This document shows, piece by piece, positions 26,650-35,716 of a DNA stretch of 64,000 nt. The notes under the pieces were generated by a model. The model saw only the letters and a program-made list of their open reading frames with translations. It was not told the origin of the DNA and ran no database searches. Within the stretch, counting starts at the first letter, position 1; each line of letters starts with the position of its first letter. The DNA is from a bacterium. GTDB taxonomy: Bacteria; Patescibacteriota; Microgenomatia; UBA1400; UBA12108. The position numbers were made by a program, and so were the translations under genes. The stretch covers positions 28,284-92,283 of the forward strand of contig JAJYKS010000004.1 in NCBI GenBank assembly GCA_021788365.1. Direction: 5' to 3'.

Positions 26650-29600
26650 ATGGTAATGGAAAATACTAAGGTAGAAATACTTGACAAGGGAGAGCCGGGC
26701 GGGCTCGTACCTAATAGATATCGTAGAATCTTACACAAGCAAATGCGCATAAGTCCCCGCTTAAGAAGTGCTCTTGCTGCGAGAGATGATTTATCAAATG
26801 ATGATGCCAATCAGACAGTTATAGCCAAAGCCCCACCACGAAGGGAAATAGAGCAACCGGTGGCGCAGGAAAAAGTTGATTTTGTCGCTTACACGGAGGC
26901 TGCTCTTAATAAAGGAAACGTCCCCGCAGAAATACTAGCTCACATGCGTGCGGATAAAGCGGTAATTTTTGAGACAGCAAACACTCGAGAAATAGGTATA
27001 GGCGGAGGATTTGATGCAGTCGACCAAATGGTTATAGCAGACTATACACAACACGCAGCACGCGGACCATATGAAGTAGCACAAGGAATGATAGATAATG
27101 GATTTCTTGAATCTAAAAGCCCAGGATGGAAACGTCCATCAATTGAAATAGACAAACAAGACTCACAAGAGACCTTTACCGGCGAACAAACATTTGATGG
27201 TGCCAAGGCCATTGTTGGTCGGAACATGGGGGTCCTCCGCAAGAACTCACTAACGGTACTCCGAAGAGATACAGAGCTATATGCCAGAAAGGCCAATGGT
27301 CGCCCCAAAATGGGAGGATTCGGCCAAGGATTAAAAATCCACTTATGTACGGCAGTCTCTACGCCACAAGACCGTCGCAATGTGGTGAAAGTGTTTTTAC
27401 GTGAAGCAAAGTGGAACGCATGGCAACGTGAAGATCTCGAAAGATATGTTGCGTCCCCAGCGCCATCGCCAGAACATGCCTCATTTGCCTATGTGCAGGC
27501 AAGAGACCCAGACACAAATACGTATTATCGCGCCTACGCGTATCGCGAACCTACCATGGCAAATGGTGTAGAAATCTGGAACTTAAAATACGTTTTTGTC
27601 GATATCGATGAAAATAATTTGCCCGAAGAAGATAAAGATATGGTTGTGTGTGCTCACGTTAATCCCGACACCGAACAAATAAGTGCGTGGAACGATGCTC
27701 CTTGGAACATATTACAAATGAACCCGTATTATCCCTCAGAAGAAAGTTTGGTGCGTACAGATAATGACGCGCGTCCAACAGCCGCTATCAGCCGATACTA
27801 TGCAGCAGAGCTCGCAGAATTACCCGAAGCTCACGATTCCACATGGGATGTCGAAGAAATAGATTGGCCAGAGGGGGTAGTAATACCGCGGCGAATCTTC
27901 CCGGGGATTCATGTCGAGGGGCTAAGACTAAGGGTAAAAAATGACAACTGGGACGGATCGGCAATAAGAACTTGGAATATCAACCCACGCGGAGACACAA
28001 CACTTCTTAAGAGAATTCATCGTGAAAGTGACTCTGTGCACGTAGATGGAGATACAAAGCCTATTTTCAGCGCCTGTGTTATGAGTCGGAAGGATCTTAA
28101 CCAATGGAAAGACTTAATGGAGCGTGTGCTAAACGCTCAAAGTGAAACCCGCGTCTCACAACTCCTCGAAGTACAAGCATTGCGTGATTATTACCTTCTA
28201 TCCTCAACGGCTCGGCAAGCGTTGATAGACGCATTTCATGAAGTGGCACCACAAGCAGAACAAAGTTTTTATTCCGACACTACACTCCTTGCAGTTTGGA
28301 GGGCAAAAACTGGTAAAGACAAAGTGGCACCTGCCAGAGTCGACCCAGCACTATCGAGTACTCTACGCAAAGCAGAGCTAACTGATTGTGATTCGATCGC
28401 ACGAGCCTGCCTAACGGAAGGTACAGGACTATCAAATTGGCACGAATCACGCATAGAAGTACACGACATTTCAACAACCGCAGACAATGTAAAAAGGAAT
28501 AATAAATCGCCAGGAAAACAGATTGTAGAAAATATCCTGGGAGAAAGAGGTGAGAGACTATTCCCTGGCGTTACCACATACGCCCGAATCAACGCCGACA
28601 CGATAGAAATTGCTATTAGCGGTTTAGTCGACAGTCGAAACAGGCCATACACCACGTTCTTAGAACCAGAAAAAGAGGGAAATACCGAGTATGTGATTAA
28701 AAAAGACGCTTCAGAGCTGTTATCGTCTCTCGGAAAAGGAGGAGTTAATACAAACATATTCTTCCAATCCGACACTCCAAATTTTGGTGTTGGGGTGAAA
28801 TGCCTAACTGTTAAAAGAGTTGGCGCCAAAACCTTTGGAGTAATAGGAGAATCCAATCAAAGCCTAGGGCAGGTGGTTCCCACAAGGGGGATTGTTATCC
28901 AATTCAAGGGTACGTCAGCCGCGATCGATGGACTCACTAAAGACTTGGATGGTTACTTTACCAAACTTAACCCAATGGTTATTAAACACACAGATGCAGC
29001 GCTAAAAATCGTTGACGAACAACTTCGATACCTAAAAGAACAGTGTGAGAGCACCAAAAATGAATTGGAAACAATTCGGCGTAATGCCCTAGGGAACCTA
29101 GCAGATGGTCAAACTCTTCGCCCCTCCGTACGAGCTCGCCATGCTGGGCGCCAAGGCGTGGGTGGTGGAGCACGCGGAGAATATTCCATAGAAGTTGCCG
29201 ATACTAATCGTTCTATCTGGCTTCCGGGCGCTAGCGAGGAAACCATTATTTATACCCCTCACGATGCAACATCCTGGATAGAGGGATCGGAGACGCGAGA
29301 CCACGCCCCTCGCATTCACTTTAGAGTGACAGAGGTCGGTGGCGACAGTGGACATAAACTTCCAAATAACATCTCTATTTCCACCAGTAGTAATATCAAT
29401 TTCGACGAATGGGGTAATGCCACGGGCAAAAGAGAAGAATCGCTTTTTCGTTTTGTAGGAGAAGTGAATGGAGAATCGGTCTGGAGAACAAGCGGGGCAA
29501 GAGCAGATTATTTTAGGAACAGAACAGACGCGTTTGGCGCTCTCTATACCTCTGTTATTACGTTTGAAGAGCCATTAGAAATTGCCAATGGAGACGCACG

Positions 29601-31017
29601 CATACTTCCAATACCAGAAAACTGGGAAGTTACAATGATCCAACTACCAGAAGCAACCACGGAAATAGCAAAACTACGCGATGGACAGCTAACAGTACCA
29701 TTACTTTTTCGCGATATGGTAAGCGGCCATACGGTCTTACAACGACGGAGTGAACTTGGGAAAACAGTTATTTCCACGTTGCCCGCTGGAACCAGAATAT
29801 ACATACGACCAATGGCAACCAAGGTCCGCAATCAAGACAAGAATTTTCTAGAACAAAACTTTCCGTTATATCTAGAAAAGTGTAAAGAACCAATAGCCAA
29901 TTTCGATAAACTCGATCACGAAGCTCGACAGCTCATAACAATTATTAACGAATTGGGATACATGACAAACGAGCAGCGGGCAGAGGCGATAGATGAGTTT
30001 TGGCGTCGGCGGCGTCTTTACGATGACACTGTCAGGATGACCTCAATCGAGGAAATTATCCGAACGGGAAAAGGTACATGCAGTGCCGCTGCGATGGGAG
30101 AATTAGCCCTCATGCGCGAAGCCGGGATCCCCTGTCGCATCAAGCAAAATTACTCCTATAAAACCAAGGGGGCACTCTCACCACCCTACCACGTGACAAT
30201 AGAAATAATGGGCAGCGAAGGAAACTGGATTGAGATAGACCCACCCAATGGTAAAATGTCTCGATATTTTGCATCTCTTGTGGCCGAAAACGCGTGTAAC
30301 GACCGCCTACCCGCGATCCATGGCGTTCGTTCATTGGCTATGTCACAAACAGAACAAATATCCCATACGGGTGTTCCAGAGATAGTCAAGCAATTTATCG
30401 CCCATACAACCCAAGTGGAAGAGGGGGTAAAAATATCAGACACATTAAGGAGTATCTTTACCGCCGTTAGGGAGGGTAGTGAGAAGAGTATGACAAACGT
30501 GGGACCGCAACTAGTTACAGAGCTTTCAAAGCTGATTATTGAATCAAATAAAAATCTAAAGCATTTATCTCAGCCCAGCGACATCCCGCCAGAAGATCTC
30601 GCTTTACTCGGAAAAAATATTGCAACGGAATTACACGAATACATGCGGCTCACGGCATATGCATTACCAGAGGTTCCTCGGGATATTCAGCTTGCAGCTG
30701 GTGCGCGATGGTTTGCTGGCCGCTTAGCCACGCTCCTAATAGGCGAAAAAGCAGATATATATCGCGATCGACTCCCTCAAGTAGGAGCTATCAACAGACC
30801 AAAAAAGACGTTCAATGCCATGAAACAATTACTCACTCGGTATAGCTTCGAGGAAGTCTTGGCGGTTATACATTCAGCAATAAAACACCCAAGTTCGATA
30901 GAAATAATAACTGAAGTATTGCAAAACGAGTCTAGAATACACCAGGCGGAGCGAACCTCATCGGCCATGCGTGTCACACGCGCACTTATTGACGTAGATG
31001 TTGATGATCAATCATAA
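26650..31017 (+). CDS. giant (1455 aa) hypothetical protein with a C-terminal-quarter transglutaminase-like cysteine-protease core
   Basis: No signal peptide or TM was seen. At about nt 30065-30250, 'GKGTCSAAAMGELALMREAGIPCRI...PPYHVTIEIM...WIEIDPPNG' gives Cys-x36-His-x16-Asp, the spacing and context of the transglutaminase-like superfamily catalytic triad. The remainder matches nothing I recognise. Confidence 0.6.
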   Translation: MVMENTKVEILDKGEPGGLVPNRYRRILHKQMRISPRLRSALAARDDLSNDDANQTVIAKAPPRREIEQPVAQEKVDFVAYTEAALNKGNVPAEILAHMRADKAVIFETANTREIGIGGGFDAVDQMVIADYTQHAARGPYEVAQGMIDNGFLESKSPGWKRPSIEIDKQDSQETFTGEQTFDGAKAIVGRNMGVLRKNSLTVLRRDTELYARKANGRPKMGGFGQGLKIHLCTAVSTPQDRRNVVKVFLREAKWNAWQREDLERYVASPAPSPEHASFAYVQARDPDTNTYYRAYAYREPTMANGVEIWNLKYVFVDIDENNLPEEDKDMVVCAHVNPDTEQISAWNDAPWNILQMNPYYPSEESLVRTDNDARPTAAISRYYAAELAELPEAHDSTWDVEEIDWPEGVVIPRRIFPGIHVEGLRLRVKNDNWDGSAIRTWNINPRGDTTLLKRIHRESDSVHVDGDTKPIFSACVMSRKDLNQWKDLMERVLNAQSETRVSQLLEVQALRDYYLLSSTARQALIDAFHEVAPQAEQSFYSDTTLLAVWRAKTGKDKVAPARVDPALSSTLRKAELTDCDSIARACLTEGTGLSNWHESRIEVHDISTTADNVKRNNKSPGKQIVENILGERGERLFPGVTTYARINADTIEIAISGLVDSRNRPYTTFLEPEKEGNTEYVIKKDASELLSSLGKGGVNTNIFFQSDTPNFGVGVKCLTVKRVGAKTFGVIGESNQSLGQVVPTRGIVIQFKGTSAAIDGLTKDLDGYFTKLNPMVIKHTDAALKIVDEQLRYLKEQCESTKNELETIRRNALGNLADGQTLRPSVRARHAGRQGVGGGARGEYSIEVADTNRSIWLPGASEETIIYTPHDATSWIEGSETRDHAPRIHFRVTEVGGDSGHKLPNNISISTSSNINFDEWGNATGKREESLFRFVGEVNGESVWRTSGARADYFRNRTDAFGALYTSVITFEEPLEIANGDARILPIPENWEVTMIQLPEATTEIAKLRDGQLTVPLLFRDMVSGHTVLQRRSELGKTVISTLPAGTRIYIRPMATKVRNQDKNFLEQNFPLYLEKCKEPIANFDKLDHEARQLITIINELGYMTNEQRAEAIDEFWRRRRLYDDTVRMTSIEEIIRTGKGTCSAAAMGELALMREAGIPCRIKQNYSYKTKGALSPPYHVTIEIMGSEGNWIEIDPPNGKMSRYFASLVAENACNDRLPAIHGVRSLAMSQTEQISHTGVPEIVKQFIAHTTQVEEGVKISDTLRSIFTAVREGSEKSMTNVGPQLVTELSKLIIESNKNLKHLSQPSDIPPEDLALLGKNIATELHEYMRLTAYALPEVPRDIQLAAGARWFAGRLATLLIGEKADIYRDRLPQVGAINRPKKTFNAMKQLLTRYSFEEVLAVIHSAIKHPSSIEIITEVLQNESRIHQAERTSSAMRVTRALIDVDVDDQS

Positions 31018-31034
31018 TCGCCCTTAGGAGGACT

Positions 31035-31868
31035 ATGGTATTGCCGACAGAATCGCTGATCACTGAAGGATCAATTCGTGCGCTTATAAATGACGCGAAC
31101 CCTCTAAAATCCAAGGACTATCAATATCTTTACTTGCCAGAACATGCGGCGGAGTTGGAAAAAATATTCCACAGATCTGCCAATGCGTTTGGAGCGTTCA
31201 ATTCAATCTTACCTTTTGTTTCAATAGACGCCGTCACAAAAGGACTAATGCAATTGCGGGTTGCAAATGAAAATGCCCAAGAGCTAACACGACAAACGAG
31301 CGTAGCTTTAATAGATTTATCACCCCACAACAATATACCAAGCATTTTTTTGACACTTCGTGGGTTTAGAGCAGCCGTACAATTACCAGATAACCGCGTG
31401 CGTACGTATTCCAAAGATGCTACCCACACTCTTTCAATCCAACGGGCAGGTGCAACCATTATCAATGAGCAAGAGAGGCCAGACCTATGGGATGAAAGAA
31501 CAAAATACGACAATTCATTGGTTGTTGTCGTAGACGATGGTGCTGTATTTCCGATGCTAACTCAACCAGACGCGCCAAACAACCCCACCGGTATAACTTT
31601 CCAGTACGGTGTCGACTGGTCAGGATCGAATACTCAAGAAGACACACCACCAACAAGTGGGTTCGTTGAGCTGCCACTGATTACTACAGTACCATTATTG
31701 TCCCAGTTCACACAACGCACAATTAACCATCCCGGAGCATCTATGTTCTCTGGAAGAATGGCAGTGCTGACACGATATCCAACATATGCAATCTCATGCG
31801 AAAAAAGCACAACACTGCAAAAACCTCGGGGAGGAGCTGGAACTGGAAGTGTTGTCCCAGCTCGATAA
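31035..31868 (+). CDS. hypothetical protein, probably co-transcribed partner of the giant protein
   Basis: 277 aa. It starts 18 nt after the giant ORF stop. No TM or signal. No recognisable motif. Confidence 0.4.
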   Translation: MVLPTESLITEGSIRALINDANPLKSKDYQYLYLPEHAAELEKIFHRSANAFGAFNSILPFVSIDAVTKGLMQLRVANENAQELTRQTSVALIDLSPHNNIPSIFLTLRGFRAAVQLPDNRVRTYSKDATHTLSIQRAGATIINEQERPDLWDERTKYDNSLVVVVDDGAVFPMLTQPDAPNNPTGITFQYGVDWSGSNTQEDTPPTSGFVELPLITTVPLLSQFTQRTINHPGASMFSGRMAVLTRYPTYAISCEKSTTLQKPRGGAGTGSVVPAR

Positions 31869-31895
31869 TTAGCACTCACTCTTGTGTAGTGCTTA
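31869..31895 (+). promoter_or_regulatory. CIRCE-like operator upstream of the dnaJ-like gene
   Basis: TTAGCACTC-actcttgtg-TAGTGCTTA: the left half is 9/9, the spacer is 9 nt, and the right half is 7/9. A TATAAT is at 31905-31910. Confidence 0.55.
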
Positions 31896-31917
31896 GTCTC
31901 TCATTATAATCACCAAT

Positions 31918-32790
31918 ATGGCTACAAAGCGCGACTACTACGAGATACTGGGGGTAAAACGGGAGGCAAGTGAGGCGGAGATCAAATCTGCCTACCGCAA
32001 ACTTGCCTTAAAGTGGCACCCCGATCGCAACAAAGAAGCGGGTGCCGAGGCCAAGTTCAAAGAAATCAACGAGGCCTACGAGGTGCTGGGGAATAAAGAT
32101 AAGCGCGGGAAGTACGACCAATTTGGTCACGCAGCGTTTGACCCTTCCGCCGGCTTCGGTGGCGGCGCGGCCGGTGGCTCGTATCGCTCCGGTCCCTTCA
32201 CCTACACCTATACAACAGGCGGTGGCTTCGAAGACTTGTTCGGCAGCCAGGGCGGTTTTGGCGATCCGTTTGACGTATTCGAGAGTTTCTTCGGCGGCCG
32301 CAGCCCCTTCGGTGGCTCCTATCAGGCCAAGCCTCACTACTCAATAACCATATCGTTTATGGACGCCGTAAAAGGTATAGAAAAGTCCTTTGTCCATCAG
32401 GGAAAAAGTTATACGATCAAGATCCCCGCCGGCGCAGACGATGGTACACGTATCCGCTACAGCGAGTTCGACGTCTCAGTTGCCGTATCCCCCGACAAAG
32501 TTTTCCGTCGCGAGGGAGCTGACGTATTTATCTATCACGAAATTCCGGTGACGCTCGCCATGCTTGGGGGCGACACTACCATCCCGACGTTAGACGGCGA
32601 TCTCAAGATCAAGATCCGTCCTGGCACCCAGCCTTCTACTACTATTCGACTCTCTGGAAAGGGAATAAAGCGGTTGCAAGGGAGCGGTCGTGGCGACTTC
32701 TACATCAAGCTCAAAGTGATGTTACCAGAGAAATTATCTCGCCGCGCCAAAGGACTGGTGGAAGACCTGTCGCGTGAACTCGCGAACTAA
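31918..32790 (+). CDS. dnaJ: DnaJ-class J-domain co-chaperone lacking the zinc-finger domain (CbpA/type II-like)
   Basis: '[33 protein letters not shown]' is a J domain with HPD. A Gly/Phe-rich linker follows. No CxxCxGxG repeats are present. C-terminal substrate-binding domains are present. A CIRCE-like operator lies upstream. Confidence 0.75.
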   Translation: MATKRDYYEILGVKREASEAEIKSAYRKLALKWHPDRNKEAGAEAKFKEINEAYEVLGNKDKRGKYDQFGHAAFDPSAGFGGGAAGGSYRSGPFTYTYTTGGGFEDLFGSQGGFGDPFDVFESFFGGRSPFGGSYQAKPHYSITISFMDAVKGIEKSFVHQGKSYTIKIPAGADDGTRIRYSEFDVSVAVSPDKVFRREGADVFIYHEIPVTLAMLGGDTTIPTLDGDLKIKIRPGTQPSTTIRLSGKGIKRLQGSGRGDFYIKLKVMLPEKLSRRAKGLVEDLSRELAN

Positions 32791-32868
32791 AGATCGATTT
32801 GCTCACATTTTCCGAATGTGTTACAACAAATACAGTTATCTGTTACTGCGGGAACCGCAAGGAGTGGT

Positions 32869-33708
32869 ATGAAGAAAAGTATAGTCGTTGTTGGACTAGC
32901 GCTGGTACTATTTGGGGTAGTGGCTACAGTACAAAGCGTAAAAGCTGATTGGCAGATAGATAGTCATGGCAACTTGGTCGAGATGAAAAATGTTTTAGGT
33001 GACACAGCTGGCGGTCAAGGCGACCAGCAGACACCAGAGCCCACGCAGACTGCAGAACCAAAAGATACTCCAGAGCCCACAGACACACCAGAAGCACAGC
33101 AAATGCAGGAGAAAAACCAAGAACAGAATCAGGTACAGAGTAAATATGAAGTTGAGAACAAAGACGGCAAGCTCGTGGTAAAAACGCACACTGTGGATAA
33201 AAGTGGCAAAGAAGTACAGACAGAAACACAGTTTAAGGCAGGTGAAGCACTACAGGTAGAGGCGCAAACCAATGCCGGCAACCACTTTGCCATAAATACC
33301 GAAGATAACTCTGGTCTCACCGTGACAAACGGCGGCAAGACCGCCCAGTCCACGCTCCCCTTATCGGTAAATGCACAAAACCAACTGGTGGTGACAACAG
33401 CTGCCGGACAAAAAGTAGTGACAGTGCTACCTGACCAAGCGGTAAAGAACCTCCTCTCGTCAGGCGTACTATCGAGTATTACCGAATCGCCGGTGGCGTC
33501 GGCACCAGGCTCCACAAGCTCGGTAGGCCAGCTCTCGGCAGTTGGTAGCACGCCGACCTACACAATTTCAGGGACGAAACAGGTTCGTTTCCTCGGCTTG
33601 TTCCCGGTAACGCTAAACAGGCAGGTGCAGGTTTCGGCGGAGAATGGTACGGTGGTGAATACCGCCCAGTCCGCGATAGCCAACTTCGTAAGCCTCTTCT
33701 CGTTCTAA
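32869..33708 (+). CDS. hypothetical secreted protein
   Basis: The signal peptide 'MKKSIVVVGLALVLFGVVATVQSVKA' is followed by a Gln/Thr/Glu-rich low-complexity region and a beta-rich domain. Confidence 0.4.
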   Translation: MKKSIVVVGLALVLFGVVATVQSVKADWQIDSHGNLVEMKNVLGDTAGGQGDQQTPEPTQTAEPKDTPEPTDTPEAQQMQEKNQEQNQVQSKYEVENKDGKLVVKTHTVDKSGKEVQTETQFKAGEALQVEAQTNAGNHFAINTEDNSGLTVTNGGKTAQSTLPLSVNAQNQLVVTTAAGQKVVTVLPDQAVKNLLSSGVLSSITESPVASAPGSTSSVGQLSAVGSTPTYTISGTKQVRFLGLFPVTLNRQVQVSAENGTVVNTAQSAIANFVSLFSF

Positions 33709-33722
33709 GCTAAAATAGCGGT

Positions 33723-34205
33723 ATGGATGATGTCGAGCTGGTTCGTGTCATGTACGAGCGCTACGTGGACGCCATCTACCGCTATTGTTACTGGCAGACG
33801 AATAGAAGCGAAGACGCAGAGGATTTGACGGCCGACATCATGCTGGACATGGCCAAAAACATCCGCAAATTCCGCGGCGAGAGTTCGTTTAAGAACTGGC
33901 TGTACGCCATTGCCAAACATCACCTCATGCACTGGTTGCGGAAAAAATATGAGCTACCCCTACTGCCACTCCTAGACAATGCTGAGTACGGCTCCACTTG
34001 GATCGATCCAGGTGAGCAGGGGGAAGCACGGAAAAAGGTTGTCGCCCTCCTTAAATGCCTTCCTCCTCGTGAGCGGGCAGTACTTGATCTCCGCTATCTC
34101 AAAGGCTACTCGGTAAAAGAAGCAGCCAAGGAGCTTGGTATATCGGAAAGTAATGTCAAAGTAGTGACCCACCGAGCAATAAATAAATTAAGACTCCACA
34201 CTTGA
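33723..34205 (+). CDS. ECF-type RNA polymerase sigma factor (sigma-70 family group 4)
   Basis: Region 2 is 'YERYVDAIYRYCYWQTNRSEDAEDLTADIMLDMAKNIRKFRGESSFKNWLYAIAKH'. Region 4 has the HTH 'VKEAAKELGISESNVKVVTHRAINKLR'. Confidence 0.75.
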   Translation: MDDVELVRVMYERYVDAIYRYCYWQTNRSEDAEDLTADIMLDMAKNIRKFRGESSFKNWLYAIAKHHLMHWLRKKYELPLLPLLDNAEYGSTWIDPGEQGEARKKVVALLKCLPPRERAVLDLRYLKGYSVKEAAKELGISESNVKVVTHRAINKLRLHT

Positions 34206-34282
34206 AAATGAGAAATTGATAATTGGTCATTTCTGCGAAGCAGACTGTAACCCCCTCCCCACTCTATCTGTAGAAAGCCAGT

Positions 34283-34573
34283 ATGTTTAAAGATGTTCAC
34301 ATAAATCAACATTTCCGCTCCGCGCTTGCCGTTCGGGTATCCGCTGCCGCTCGTCCTCGCTGGTTTATCAGGCCGTTGGTCATAGCTCCAACTGCGTTTG
34401 CCTTTTCGCTTCTCGCCTTTGTGGTAGTAAAAAATAGTTCAGTGCCGGCGCATGTCGCGACAACCGTAGATAACGCTGAAATTTCTTGGAACATAGATCA
34501 TGGTGGCAACAACCTCGACGATCCCACGACCCTCGCCGAAGAACAACAACTCTTAAGTATGGTGCAAAATTAG
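34283..34573 (+). CDS. putative membrane-anchored anti-sigma factor
   Basis: 96 aa, immediately downstream of the ECF sigma. It has a single TM ('LVIAPTAFAFSLLAFVVV'). The call is by position and topology only. Confidence 0.3.
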   Translation: MFKDVHINQHFRSALAVRVSAAARPRWFIRPLVIAPTAFAFSLLAFVVVKNSSVPAHVATTVDNAEISWNIDHGGNNLDDPTTLAEEQQLLSMVQN

Positions 34574-34599
34574 TAATAAATAATAGAAGAAAGGAATCT

Positions 34600-35211
34600 A
34601 TGAAAAAGATACTTATCCCAGCCCTGACAACCGTTATGCTCCTCTCGCCCGTCGTCCCGGTATTTGCGATAGACGGTTCTCCCTCTCCGTCAACCGCGCC
34701 CCGAGCGCAGTTTCGACAGTACGTACAGCAGGCAAATCAAACATTCAAGACGGATGTAGAGCAAGCCCGCGAGGAGCGCAAAACCAATATTACAGAGGCG
34801 CGGCTCGGGATGATCGAGGGAATAGCCAAGAAGCACGCCTCCCGACTCCAAAATCAGTTTGCCGTGCACGCCCGCTGGCTGGGGAGCATCGCCACCCGCT
34901 TGCAGGCACGTATAAACACCGTAAAAGGCGAGGGGGTAGACGTAACCGCCATGCAAAACGAGCTAAATGCCGCCGAGGCAGCGATTACAACAGCGACTAC
35001 CGATGGCACGAATGCAGTAAATGCATTTAACGGCATTACCGGGACGACACTCGAAGAAGTCCGCGCTGCCGTGCAAAACGCGATTACGCTCGCACAGCAA
35101 ACCCGAGCTGCATTTAACAATGCTAAACAGCTCCTCGTACAAACGTTCCAGATGGTGCGATCCGCCACTCCTCGCCCCTCCGAAAGTCCAGAGGCAAGTC
35201 CCAGCGTCTAA
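34600..35211 (+). CDS. hypothetical secreted Ala/Gln-rich coiled-coil protein
   Basis: The signal peptide 'MKKILIPALTTVMLLSPVVPVFA' is followed by a helical low-complexity region. The start is taken at the internal Met with the signal peptide. Confidence 0.4.
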   Translation: MKKILIPALTTVMLLSPVVPVFAIDGSPSPSTAPRAQFRQYVQQANQTFKTDVEQAREERKTNITEARLGMIEGIAKKHASRLQNQFAVHARWLGSIATRLQARINTVKGEGVDVTAMQNELNAAEAAITTATTDGTNAVNAFNGITGTTLEEVRAAVQNAITLAQQTRAAFNNAKQLLVQTFQMVRSATPRPSESPEASPSV

Positions 35212-35274
35212 GAATATAAAAGGTATCGTGGTGGTACAGTAAATCTGTACCACCAATAGGGGAAGGGAGAGTAT

Positions 35275-35565
35275 ATGAAGAAAAGATTGGTCACCATCGG
35301 AATAATCGCTGCAGCAGGGTTAGTCCTAGGGGGCTGCACGGTGCCAGGTCTTAATAAAATAGAGAATCGTCCTACCTCCACAACGAGTACGTCCACAACA
35401 GTTTCGTCTCCGAGTCCCACAACCTCACCTACCTCCTCAGCAGATCCTTCACTAACAAGTACCCCCAGCTCGGACACGTCTGACCAGGCTATCCAGAACG
35501 ACCTAAACAAGGTTAATACAAACTCAGGGGCCGACTTTTCCGACCTAAACAATCAGGTGCAATAG
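35275..35565 (+). CDS. small lipoprotein, Ser/Thr/Pro-rich
   Basis: 'MKKRLVTIGIIAAAGLVLGGC' has the lipobox LGGC. A GGGAGAG SD lies upstream. Confidence 0.45.
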   Translation: MKKRLVTIGIIAAAGLVLGGCTVPGLNKIENRPTSTTSTSTTVSSPSPTTSPTSSADPSLTSTPSSDTSDQAIQNDLNKVNTNSGADFSDLNNQVQ

Positions 35566-35628
35566 TAGTTAATCTGGATTTTAGATGGCGCGTGTGCTAC
35601 ACTTGCAGCGTTGTAGTGTGGGGTGGTA

Positions 35629-35651
35629 GAAGGTGGCTCGTCCACCTTTTT
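35629..35651 (+). terminator. rho-independent terminator-like hairpin between the lipoprotein gene and nusA
   Basis: GAAGGTGGctcgtCCACCTT followed by TTTTTAT. Confidence 0.5.
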
Positions 35652-35716
35652 ATGTATATCCACGGACAACGACAATTTGTTATTTAGTTATTGGAATTTA
35701 CTCCGAAGGAGTACGT

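Noticed and set aside
35633-35716. ORF-track N-terminal extension of nusA (MARPPFYVYPRTT...)
   Set aside because: The extension translates the terminator hairpin GAAGGTGG...CCACCTTTTT. A proper start with an AGGAG SD exists at 35717 (MSQIKSEF), which matches NusA N-termini.
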